Assembly (NCBI GenBank): GCA_963832955.1
Contig: CAWHWC010000001.1
Span: 156,810 to 220,809, forward strand
Length of the DNA stretch: 64,000 nt
Direction of reading: 5' to 3'
Origin: an uncultured Actinomycetes bacterium
Lineage (GTDB): Bacteria; Actinomycetota; Thermoleophilia; Gaiellales; JAICJC01
This document shows positions 38,617 to 45,900 of this stretch, piece by piece; position 1 is the first letter of the stretch, and every line of letters starts with the position of its first letter. Made by a program: the position numbers and the translations under genes. Under the pieces are notes generated by a model. It was not told where the DNA came from, searched no databases, and worked only from the letters and a program-made list of their open reading frames with translations.

Positions 38617-39585
38617 TCAGATCTCGATCTCGGCGCCCAGGCCGCGCGCTCGGGCAGCCTCGAGGGCGAGCGCGGCCGCTGCGGCATCCTGAGCGGCGAC
38701 GCCGACCGACTTGTAGAGCGTGATCTGGTCGGCCGCAGTCCGGCCCGGCCGCGTTCCCGAGACGAGCTCGCCGATCTCGGCGTGGATGTGATCCGGCCCG
38801 ACGGCTCCGTCTCGGATGGCCCACACGAGATCGTTCGAGCCTGCCGGGTACGGGGCGAGCGCGGCGGCCCGCGACTCCACGACGACCAGGGCGCGCGCCA
38901 CCGCGTCGGCGTCGACCTCGCGGCCCTCGGGGTTGAACCCGACCGACGTCACATGCGTTCCCGGATCGAGCCACGCTCCGTGGACGACCGGCTCCGGCGA
39001 ATGGGTGCACGCGCACACGATGTCGGCACCCGCGATCGCATCCGCGTACGACGGAGCGGCGACCGCGTCGAGCTCGCCGGCGAGCGACCGCACGCGGTCG
39101 GAGTCCCGGCCGGCGATCCGCACCTCCCGTATCGACCGCACCCGCTTTACGGCCTCGGCGTGGGCGCGGGCCTGCACGCCGGTTCCAAGGACGGCCAGCA
39201 CCGAGGCGTCCTCGCGGGCCAGGAGCTTCGCCGAGAGGGCCGAGCACGCCGCCGTGCGCATGGCGGTCACGACCTCGCCGTCCATGACGGCCTCCGGCGC
39301 ACCGGTGGCCGGATCGAAGACCGCGATGATGGCCTTGTGCGTCGGGAGGCCGAGCGCGGCGTTGCCCGGGAACATCGCCACCAGCTTGGCGGCGAGCGCG
39401 CCTCCGCCGGCCAGGTACGCCGGCATTGCGATCAGCACGCCTCCCACATCGGCGACGTCGGCCGCCGTCCGGTTCGGGAACGAGCCGCGGCCCGCGCTCA
39501 CGTCGGCCATCGCGGCCGCAACCGCGTCGACCAGCCGGTCGGGGTCGAGTGCCGCTTCGACGTCGCGCCTGCTCAGGACGAGCAC
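38617..39585 (-). CDS. ornithine cyclodeaminase / mu-crystallin family protein
   Basis: GTG 39585 with GGGAGG 7 nt upstream. Contains 'LAAKLVAMFPGN...PTHKAIIAVFDPATGAP..VMDGEVVTAMRTAA', the Rossmann motif 'LAVLGTGVQARAHAEA' and 'GTHVTSVG'. The track ORF extends further 5' without support. Confidence 0.8.
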   Translation of the reverse strand: MLVLSRRDVEAALDPDRLVDAVAAAMADVSAGRGSFPNRTAADVADVGGVLIAMPAYLAGGGALAAKLVAMFPGNAALGLPTHKAIIAVFDPATGAPEAVMDGEVVTAMRTAACSALSAKLLAREDASVLAVLGTGVQARAHAEAVKRVRSIREVRIAGRDSDRVRSLAGELDAVAAPSYADAIAGADIVCACTHSPEPVVHGAWLDPGTHVTSVGFNPEGREVDADAVARALVVVESRAAALAPYPAGSNDLVWAIRDGAVGPDHIHAEIGELVSGTRPGRTAADQITLYKSVGVAAQDAAAAALALEAARARGLGAEIEI

Positions 39586-39606
39586 GTGGCGCCTCCCTGA
39601 TCTCGG

Positions 39607-39634
39607 TTGCGGCCGCTCGCAAACGGCGTATGAT
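39607..39634 (+). promoter_or_regulatory. possible promoter TTGCGG-N16-TATGAT
   Basis: TATGAT 39629-39634. RBS GAGGGGGAA before ATG 39664. Confidence 0.3.
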
Positions 39635-39663
39635 CTGGAAGAAGCTGGAAGAGGGGGAACAGC

Positions 39664-40626
39664 ATGAGCGTCCGGGTGATGTCCTGGGCGGCGGGCTCGA
39701 TTGCCGCGGTCGCCAGCATACTGGCGCTGTCTGCGACCGCGCTCGCCGACGATCCCGGCGATCCCACGATCGCGGCGGCCGGCGACATCGCGTGCAAGAG
39801 CCCCACGGTCGGCAAGAACTGCCATCAGCAGCTGACGGCCAACCTGATCTCGAGTCGCCTCGCGACGCTCGACTCGGTGTTCACGCTCGGCGACAACCAG
39901 TATCCATGCGGCGCGCTCGCTGACTACCTGAACTCCTATGACCGAAGCTGGGCTGCGTTCCTCGACGACACCCACCCCGCGGTGGGCGATCAGGACATCG
40001 GCGACTCGGGGTCGTGCAAGGGGAAGCCTGCGAACGGCTACGCGACGTACTTCGGCGCGCGGGCGCAGCCGAACGGGCGCAACGACTACTACTACGTCGA
40101 CATCGCCGGCACGGGATCCTCGACGGCGAAGTGGCGGGTCATCGTCCTGAACGGCAACTGCAGCACCGTCCCGTGCTCAGCCGGCTCCGCGCAGGAGCTC
40201 TTCCTGAAGAGCACGCTCGCTTCGACGCCCTCGGGAAGCTGCATCATGGCGATCTGGCACCAGCCCTACTTCCGCGCCTCGACGCTGAGCCCGAACACGA
40301 AGTACACGCCGTTCTGGAACGACCTCTACGCGGCTCATGCCGCACTCGTCATGGACGGCCACAACCACATCTACGAGCGCTTCGCGCCCCAGACCCCGAC
40401 CGGGGCGAGCGACCCGGCGAACGGGATCACCGAGATCATCTCCGGCACGGGCGGAGTCAGTCACGGCACGGCGAAGGTCATCTCGCCGAACACGGCGTTC
40501 TACGACCACACCCACTTCGGCGTCACCTTCGTGACGCTGCACCCGACGTCGTTCGCCTGGCAGTTCGTGTCCGACACCGGCCAGGTGCTCGACAGCGGCA
40601 GCCACGCGTGCACGCCGACTCCCTAG
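39664..40626 (+). CDS. secreted metallophosphoesterase (paralog 3; close paralog of the C-terminal domain of 36487..38211)
   Basis: Signal 'WAAGSIAAVASILALSATALA'. Motifs 'AAAGDIAC', 'LGDNQYPCG', 'VGDQDIG' (not GNHE), 'WHQPYF', 'MDGHNHIYERF'. It aligns almost colinearly with paralog 2. Confidence 0.75.
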   Translation: MSVRVMSWAAGSIAAVASILALSATALADDPGDPTIAAAGDIACKSPTVGKNCHQQLTANLISSRLATLDSVFTLGDNQYPCGALADYLNSYDRSWAAFLDDTHPAVGDQDIGDSGSCKGKPANGYATYFGARAQPNGRNDYYYVDIAGTGSSTAKWRVIVLNGNCSTVPCSAGSAQELFLKSTLASTPSGSCIMAIWHQPYFRASTLSPNTKYTPFWNDLYAAHAALVMDGHNHIYERFAPQTPTGASDPANGITEIISGTGGVSHGTAKVISPNTAFYDHTHFGVTFVTLHPTSFAWQFVSDTGQVLDSGSHACTPTP

Positions 40627-40717
40627 CGGAGAGGGCGGGATTCGAACCCGCGAACGAGGAAACCCCCCGTTACGCGATTTCCAGTCGCGCTCCTTAAGCC
40701 AACTCGGACACCTCTCC
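40627..40717 (-). tRNA. tRNA-Ser (anticodon GGA)
   Basis: The reverse complement GGAGAGGTGTCCGAGTTGGCTTAAGGAGCGCGACTGGAAATCGCGTAACGGGGGGTTTCCTCGTTCGCGGGTTCGAATCCCGCCCTCTCCG has a CGCGA/TCGCG anticodon stem with loop CTGGAAA, a long variable arm and a TTCGAAT T-loop. Confidence 0.9.
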
Positions 40718-40809
40718 GGGCTGGTGCAGTATGCCACCGTGCCTGCCGAAACGGGCATCGGGATGGTAGGCTCGCGCCGGCACGTTCAACCCGAAATGAG
40801 GTTTGGGGA

Positions 40810-41238
40810 ATGCCCGACGAGCGAATCGAGATCATGCGCCGTGTGGCCCTGTTTGACGACCTGTCGGACCGCGAGCTCGAAGCGGTGGCCAATGCGTCGA
40901 AGGAGCGACGGTTCGACACCGGCGACAGGGTCGTCGGAGAAGGCGAAGGCGGCGTCGGGTTCTTCGTCGTCGCCGACGGAACGGCCCGGGTCGAGGTCTC
41001 CGGCAAGCGCCGCGGCACGATCGGCCCCGGGGCATCGTTCGGCGAGGTTGCGCTGCTCGACGAAGGCGGCCGGCGCACGGCGAGCGTCGTTGCCGAGTCG
41101 CCGCTTCGCGTGTTCGGGATCACCGCGTGGCAGTTCACGCCGCTCCTCGAGCAGCACCCGTCGATCGCCATCAAGATCGCCAAGATCCTCGCCCGCCGCC
41201 TGCGCGAGGCCGAGGAACGCACGGTGACGCCCGCCTGA
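40810..41238 (+). CDS. cyclic nucleotide-binding domain protein (stand-alone CAP/CNB domain)
   Basis: 142 aa with 'LFDDLSDRELEAVANASKERRFDTGDRVVGEGEGGVGFFVVADGTARV...GPGASFGEVALLD..RTASVVA'. Confidence 0.8.
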   Translation: MPDERIEIMRRVALFDDLSDRELEAVANASKERRFDTGDRVVGEGEGGVGFFVVADGTARVEVSGKRRGTIGPGASFGEVALLDEGGRRTASVVAESPLRVFGITAWQFTPLLEQHPSIAIKIAKILARRLREAEERTVTPA

Positions 41239-41248
41239 TACGATCACG

Positions 41249-41524
41249 CCGACCGTGCTAAGCGGGGAGCTAGCGGTACCCTCCTCCGGCAATCCGCTCT
41301 AGCCGGGCCGAATCCCCGTCCTGAGGGGTGCCGGGTTCGGGATCAGGGCCGGCGCGCTCCGCGTCGATCGCCAGGTCCCACGCAACGGAGGCTTGTGAAC
41401 CGCGTCAGGTCCGGAAGGAAGCAGCGCTAAGCAACGTCACCCGGGTGCCGTGGGCAAGCCTGGCGGGAGCGGACGCCGCGGGCACCGCCCGGGTTCGGCG
41501 CTTCGAAGGCGGGTGCACGGTCGC
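41249..41524 (+). ncRNA. ffs: signal recognition particle RNA, large (Bacillus/Alu-domain) type; ends approximate
   Basis: Helix-8 core GTCAGGTCCGGAAGGAAGCAGC at 41404-41425. The 5' region GTGCTAAGCGGGGAGCTAGCGGTACCC...GCAATCCGCTCTAGCCGGGCCGAATCCCC closely parallels the B. subtilis scRNA 5' Alu domain as I recall it. The 5' CGACCGTGC pairs with the 3' GCACGGTCG. It sits in the conserved position upstream of dnaX. Confidence 0.8.
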
Positions 41525-41543
41525 TAAAGCCTCTCCACCACCC

Positions 41544-41567
41544 GGGGACAGGCTTTAGCCTGTCCCC
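41544..41567 (+). terminator. hairpin GGGGACAGGC-TTTA-GCCTGTCCCC downstream of the SRP RNA
   Basis: 10-bp perfect stem with a 4-nt loop, about 20 nt after the predicted 3' end of the SRP RNA. It is not followed by a T-run. Confidence 0.45.
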
Positions 41568-41617
41568 CGAATTGCTCCATCTCCACCACCGTCAGGGTCG
41601 CAGTTAAGCTGCAAAGG

Positions 41618-43276
41618 ATGTCGGCTCTCTATCGCACCCACCGGCCGCAGGACTTCGACCAGGTCGTCGGCCAGGAGCACATCGTCCGCACGCTGCGAAA
41701 TGCGGTCGAGCTCGACCGGGTTGCGCACGCCTACCTGTTCGCCGGGCCGCGTGGGACCGGCAAGACCTCGATGGCCAAGATCCTGGCCAAGGCGCTCAAC
41801 TGCGAGCACGGCCCGACCGCGACGCCGTGCAAGGAGTGCGAGTCGTGCCGCTCGATCCACGACGCAACGTCGGTCGACGTGATCGAGCTCGACGCGGCCA
41901 GTCACCGCGGCATCGACGACATTCGCGAGATCCGCGACCGGGTGGCGCTGCGGCCGGTGCACGGCCGCCGAAAGGTGTACATCGTCGACGAGGCGCATAT
42001 GCTCACGAAAGAGGCGTCGAACGCCGTCCTGAAGACGCTCGAGGAGCCGCCCGACCACGTCGTCTTCGTGCTCTGCACCACCGAGATGGGCGCCATGCTG
42101 CCGACGATCCGGAGCCGGTGCCAACGCTTTCTGTTCTTCCGGCCCGGCCTGCCCGAGATCTCGACGCTGCTTCACCGCATCGCCGCGGCCGAGGCGATCG
42201 AGATCGACGCCGCCGCCGTGTCGCTCGTTGCCCGTGCGGCGTCGGGCAGCTTCCGCGACGCCGTCTCGGCGCTCGACCAGCTCGCAACGTCGTGCACCGG
42301 CCCGATCTCGGTCGATGACGTCCGCGCGCTCCTCGGTACGACCGACGCCGGGATCCTCTTCGACCTCGTCGACCGGGTCGCCGCCGCCGACGCGGCCGGC
42401 TGCCTGGTCGCGGTCGACGCGCAGGCCGACGCCGGATCCGACCTGGGGACGCTCGTCACCGATCTCCTCGCCCACCTGCGGCTGATCTTCCTCCAGCAGC
42501 AGCTCGGGCAGCTGCCCGCCGAGGCGGCCGTCACCGACGACGAGCGGGCCCGGATCGCGAGCCAGGCGGAGCGGCTGGAGCCGGCCACGGTCCACCGGCT
42601 GGTCGACCTCCTGCGCGCCGTGCTCGACGACGTCCGCGAGGGCGCCGACCCGCGCCTGCCGCTCGAGCTGGCGCTCGTGAGGACCTGCCGGCCCGCCGGC
42701 GACCTCACGGCCGAGGCGTTCGACCAGCGCCTCTCGCGGCTCGAGGCGGCGCTCAAGGGAACCGCGCCCTCGCCGCCGACCGCGGCTGCGCCGCCCCCAC
42801 CGGCAGCGACGCCCCCGCCCGCCGCTCCGGCCGCCGTCGCCCCGGTCTTCGCAACGCCCGACCCCGAGCCGCCGGCTCCGGCCTCTCCTCCGGCGCGCGA
42901 CACGAGCCGCCTGGCCGACCGCTGGCATGAGGCGGTCGTGCCCGAGGTGAGCAGGCGCTCGGCTGCGCTGGGGTCGCTCATCGAGCACGCCGTCCCCGAC
43001 GCCGACGCTGACGCCGGAAACGTCGTCCTCGCCTTCCCCAGGTCCCAGGTGTTCGCAAAGACGACTGCAGACACGCCGCAGAACCGCGCTCTCATCGAAT
43101 CCGTGCTCGAGCAGGCGGTCGGAGAGCCGGTGCGCGTGCGCATGGAGGTCGCAGACGGCGACGCGGAGGAGAAGGCTGCCCCGGAGCCCGTCGAGCCGAA
43201 GCGCCTCGACGAAGCCGACCTCCTGAGCCAGCTCAAGGAGAAGTTCGACGCCCGCGAGATCGAGGAGCGCGCATGA
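41618..43276 (+). CDS. dnaX: DNA polymerase III subunits gamma/tau
   Basis: Intact 552 aa with 'AHAYLFAGPRGTGKTSMAKILAKALNC', zinc module 'CKECESCRSI' and 'VYIVDEAHMLT'. The Pro/Ala-rich linker is followed by a tau-like C-terminus. Confidence 0.95.
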   Translation: MSALYRTHRPQDFDQVVGQEHIVRTLRNAVELDRVAHAYLFAGPRGTGKTSMAKILAKALNCEHGPTATPCKECESCRSIHDATSVDVIELDAASHRGIDDIREIRDRVALRPVHGRRKVYIVDEAHMLTKEASNAVLKTLEEPPDHVVFVLCTTEMGAMLPTIRSRCQRFLFFRPGLPEISTLLHRIAAAEAIEIDAAAVSLVARAASGSFRDAVSALDQLATSCTGPISVDDVRALLGTTDAGILFDLVDRVAAADAAGCLVAVDAQADAGSDLGTLVTDLLAHLRLIFLQQQLGQLPAEAAVTDDERARIASQAERLEPATVHRLVDLLRAVLDDVREGADPRLPLELALVRTCRPAGDLTAEAFDQRLSRLEAALKGTAPSPPTAAAPPPPAATPPPAAPAAVAPVFATPDPEPPAPASPPARDTSRLADRWHEAVVPEVSRRSAALGSLIEHAVPDADADAGNVVLAFPRSQVFAKTTADTPQNRALIESVLEQAVGEPVRVRMEVADGDAEEKAAPEPVEPKRLDEADLLSQLKEKFDAREIEERA

Positions 43277-43596
43277 CCAAGATCGACCCGAACAAGATGA
43301 TGGCCCAGCTCGGCAAGATGCAGGAGCAGATGGCGCAGGCCCAGGAGGAGCTGAAGACGGCCTTCGTCGAGCACTCGGCCGGCGGCGGCGCGGTCACCGT
43401 GAAGGCGTCCGGCTCGCTCGAGATCACCGACATCACGATCAAGCCCGAGGCGATCGACCCCGACGACCCGGAGATGCTCCAGGATCTCCTCGTGTCGGCC
43501 GTGAACGGCGCGATCACCGCCGCCCAGGCCCTCCAGCAGCAGAAGATGATGGGGCAGCTCGGCGGACTCGGGGGCCTGGGGATCCCCGGCCTCTAG
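43273..43596 (+). CDS. ybaB: YbaB/EbfC family nucleoid-associated protein
   Basis: 107 aa with '[20 protein letters not shown]...[44 protein letters not shown]'. ATGA overlap with dnaX. Confidence 0.9.
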   Translation: MTKIDPNKMMAQLGKMQEQMAQAQEELKTAFVEHSAGGGAVTVKASGSLEITDITIKPEAIDPDDPEMLQDLLVSAVNGAITAAQALQQQKMMGQLGGLGGLGIPGL

Positions 43597-43606
43597 CGCT
43601 CGCTGC

Positions 43607-44197
43607 GTGTACGCCCCCTCGGTCGACAACCTGATCGCGCAATTGGCCCGTCTGCCGGGCGTGGGGCGGCGCACGGCGCAGCGGCTTGCCTTCCACCTGC
43701 TCAAGGCGTCACCGGCCGACGCGAATGCGCTGGCCGACGCGATCCGTGAGGTCAAGGAGCGGATCCGGCCCTGCTCGCGCTGCTTCAACCTCGCCGAGGA
43801 CGAGCTGTGCACGATCTGCGCCGACACGCGCCGGGACGGGTCGCTGATCTGCGTCGTCGAGGATCCGTCGGACGTGATCGCCCTCGAGCGGACGCACGAG
43901 TACCGCGGCCTCTACCACGTCCTGGGCGGCGCCCTCTCGCCGATCGACGGCGTCGACCCGGAGCACCTGCGGATCGCCGAGCTCCTTCAGCGGGTCGAGG
44001 GTGACCACGTCGCCGAGGTGCTGCTGGCGACGAACCCCACGATGACGGGCGAGGCCACGGCCGCCTACCTGGCCGACCGCCTGCGCGGGCGCTGCCGCGT
44101 CACCCGCCTCGCGAGCGGGCTCCCGGTCGGCGGCGACCTCGAGTACGCCGACGAGGTGACGCTGGGCCGCGCCCTCGCCGGCCGCCGGGAGATGTGA
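43607..44197 (+). CDS. recR: recombination protein RecR
   Basis: 196 aa with '[24 protein letters not shown]', zinc finger '[16 protein letters not shown]' and the Toprim segment '[16 protein letters not shown]'. Confidence 0.95.
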   Translation: MYAPSVDNLIAQLARLPGVGRRTAQRLAFHLLKASPADANALADAIREVKERIRPCSRCFNLAEDELCTICADTRRDGSLICVVEDPSDVIALERTHEYRGLYHVLGGALSPIDGVDPEHLRIAELLQRVEGDHVAEVLLATNPTMTGEATAAYLADRLRGRCRVTRLASGLPVGGDLEYADEVTLGRALAGRREM

Positions 44198-45576
44198 TGG
44201 CCCGGCACGTCGTCGACCCCACGTCGATGCACCGCTACACCGACGAGACCGAGCGGGTCGCCCGGGCCGCGCTCGTGTACGCCCGCGACCGCCTGCGCCT
44301 GCACCCGGTGCCGCTCGACGGGCCAAGGACGGCGGAGGAGCTGACCGAGCTCGCCGGCGCCACGATCACCGAGGACGGGCTGGGCGGCGAGGCGGCGATG
44401 CGGCTCTTCGCCGAGGTGCTCGCCCCGGCGACGATCTCGATCGACAACCCGCGGTTCCTGGCGTTCATCCCGGCGGCCCCGACGGAGCTCTCGATGATGT
44501 TCGACCTGGTCGTCGGGGCGTCGTCGATCTACGCCGGGACATGGATGGAGGCCTCGGGCGCGGTCTACGCCGAGAACCAGGCGCTCGAGTGGCTCGCCGG
44601 TCTGGCCGAGCTCCCTGAGACGGCCGCGGGCTGCTTCGTGCAGGGCGGGACGATCGGGAACCTCTCGGCGCTCGTCGCGGCCCGCCACACCCACCGCGCG
44701 GCGAACGGCGGCCGGAGCGGCGCACCGCTTCGGGTCGCGTGCACCGACGAGACGCACTCGTCGGTCGCCACGGCGGCCGCGGTGATGGACGTCGAGCTCC
44801 TGCTGGTCGCCCCGGACGGCCGCGGGCGGATGACGGGCGAGGGCCTGGCGGCGACGATCGATCGGGAGGGCGCCGAGGGGCTCTTCGCCGTGGCCGCGAC
44901 CGCCGGGACGACGAACCTCGGCGCGATCGACGACCTGACCGGCATCGCCGCGGTCTGCCGCGAGCACGGCGTGTGGATGCACGTCGACGGCGCGTACGGC
45001 GGCGCGGCGCTGGCGGCGCCCTCCGTCCGCGATCGCTTCGCCGGGATCGAGCACGCCGACTCGTTCATCGTCGATCCCCACAAGTGGCTCTTCGCACCGT
45101 TCGACTCCTGCGCGCTTCTCTACCGGCGGCCCGAGCTGGCCCGCGCGGCCCACATGCAGCACGCCGGCTACCTCGAGGCGGTGCAGGGCAGCGAGCGGAA
45201 CCCTTCCGACTACGCGGTGCACCTCAGCCGGCGGGCGCGCGGGCTGCCGTTCTGGTTCTCGCTCGCAGCGCACGGCACGCGGGCCTACGTCGAGGCGATC
45301 GAGCACACGCTGGACATCGCCCGCCAGGCCGCCGACGAGATCCGGGCCCGCCCCGGCGTCGAGCTCCTGAACGACCCCGAGCTGACCGTGCTCGTGGTGC
45401 GGCGCAACGGCTGGACGCCGGACGATTACCGGGCGTGGACCGAGCGGCTGCTCGCCGACGGCGTGGCGTTCGTGACGCCGACGACGCACGCCGGCGAGAC
45501 CGTCACCCGGTTTGCGATCGTGAACCCGCGCACGACGCTTGCCGACATCTCGGCGATCCTCGACACGATGGCCTAG
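44194..45576 (+). CDS. pyridoxal-dependent (group II) amino-acid decarboxylase
   Basis: Intact 460 aa with '[14 protein letters not shown]', '[10 protein letters not shown]' and the PLP-lysine motif '[22 protein letters not shown]'. The start overlaps the recR stop. Confidence 0.8.
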   Translation: MMARHVVDPTSMHRYTDETERVARAALVYARDRLRLHPVPLDGPRTAEELTELAGATITEDGLGGEAAMRLFAEVLAPATISIDNPRFLAFIPAAPTELSMMFDLVVGASSIYAGTWMEASGAVYAENQALEWLAGLAELPETAAGCFVQGGTIGNLSALVAARHTHRAANGGRSGAPLRVACTDETHSSVATAAAVMDVELLLVAPDGRGRMTGEGLAATIDREGAEGLFAVAATAGTTNLGAIDDLTGIAAVCREHGVWMHVDGAYGGAALAAPSVRDRFAGIEHADSFIVDPHKWLFAPFDSCALLYRRPELARAAHMQHAGYLEAVQGSERNPSDYAVHLSRRARGLPFWFSLAAHGTRAYVEAIEHTLDIARQAADEIRARPGVELLNDPELTVLVVRRNGWTPDDYRAWTERLLADGVAFVTPTTHAGETVTRFAIVNPRTTLADISAILDTMA

Positions 45577-45612
45577 ACCTCGTCGCCCGAGCGCCCGTCC
45601 TGGCACGCGGTC

Positions 45613-45900
45613 ATGACCGCGCCCACCGAGCGGTGGGACATGAGCGACCAGCGCGAGCGGGACGAGAGCGCGGAGCCGACCGAGGCGAACGACCCGACCG
45701 AGAAGAGGGAGCAGGCGCTCCCGATCGACCCGACGGACAGGATCGAGCCCACCGACCCGATCGACAGCACCGAGCCCTTCGAGGCGATCGAGAGGAGTGA
45801 GCCCTCTGAGCGGATCGACCAGCGCGACGTCGGCATGAGCGGTGTTGTCGCACACGCCGGCTGGGGGTGCGCCGGCAGCCGCACTCAGTACACTGGCGGG
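45613..45900 (+). other. acidic low-complexity open frame with tripeptide periodicity, in frame with and upstream of lysC; coding status uncertain
   Basis: No stop between ATG 45613 and the lysC ATG 45901. Third codon positions are almost all G/C across about 70 codons. The translation is '[55 protein letters not shown]'. Confidence 0.3.
45889..45894 (+). promoter_or_regulatory. -10-like TACACT box 6 nt upstream of the lysC ATG (leaderless-type arrangement)
   Basis: The same hexamer occurs at 743-748, before the chorismate mutase ATG. There is no SD in the 6-nt spacer. Confidence 0.35.

Noticed and set aside
16386-40717. Calling the glycan cluster a mobile genomic island because it abuts tRNA genes.
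   Set aside because: The window has no integrase, transposase, phage genes or att-type direct repeat of a tRNA 3' end, and the compositional difference was not computed. I kept it only as a low-key hypothesis in a finding.
41618-43276. Looked for a programmed ribosomal frameshift or slippery A-run in dnaX (gamma subunit production).
   Set aside because: No A AAA AAG-like heptamer or A-run is visible in the linker region, so there is no basis for a call.
45650-45835. The repeated GATCGA/CCGACC units could be a CRISPR-like or tandem DNA repeat array.
   Set aside because: The units are 9-nt, imperfect and codon-phased, with no repeat-spacer structure and no cas genes. CGATCG-type strings are generic in GC-rich coding DNA.
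45573-45884. Minus-strand 103-aa ORF with a striking Ser-x-x / '[20 protein letters not shown]' repeat.
   Set aside because: It is the exact antisense of the acidic x-x-D/E repeat and shares its wobble positions. It has T-rich first codon positions (atypical), no start context and no signal peptide. I treat it as the shadow of the plus-strand frame, though this is not proven.
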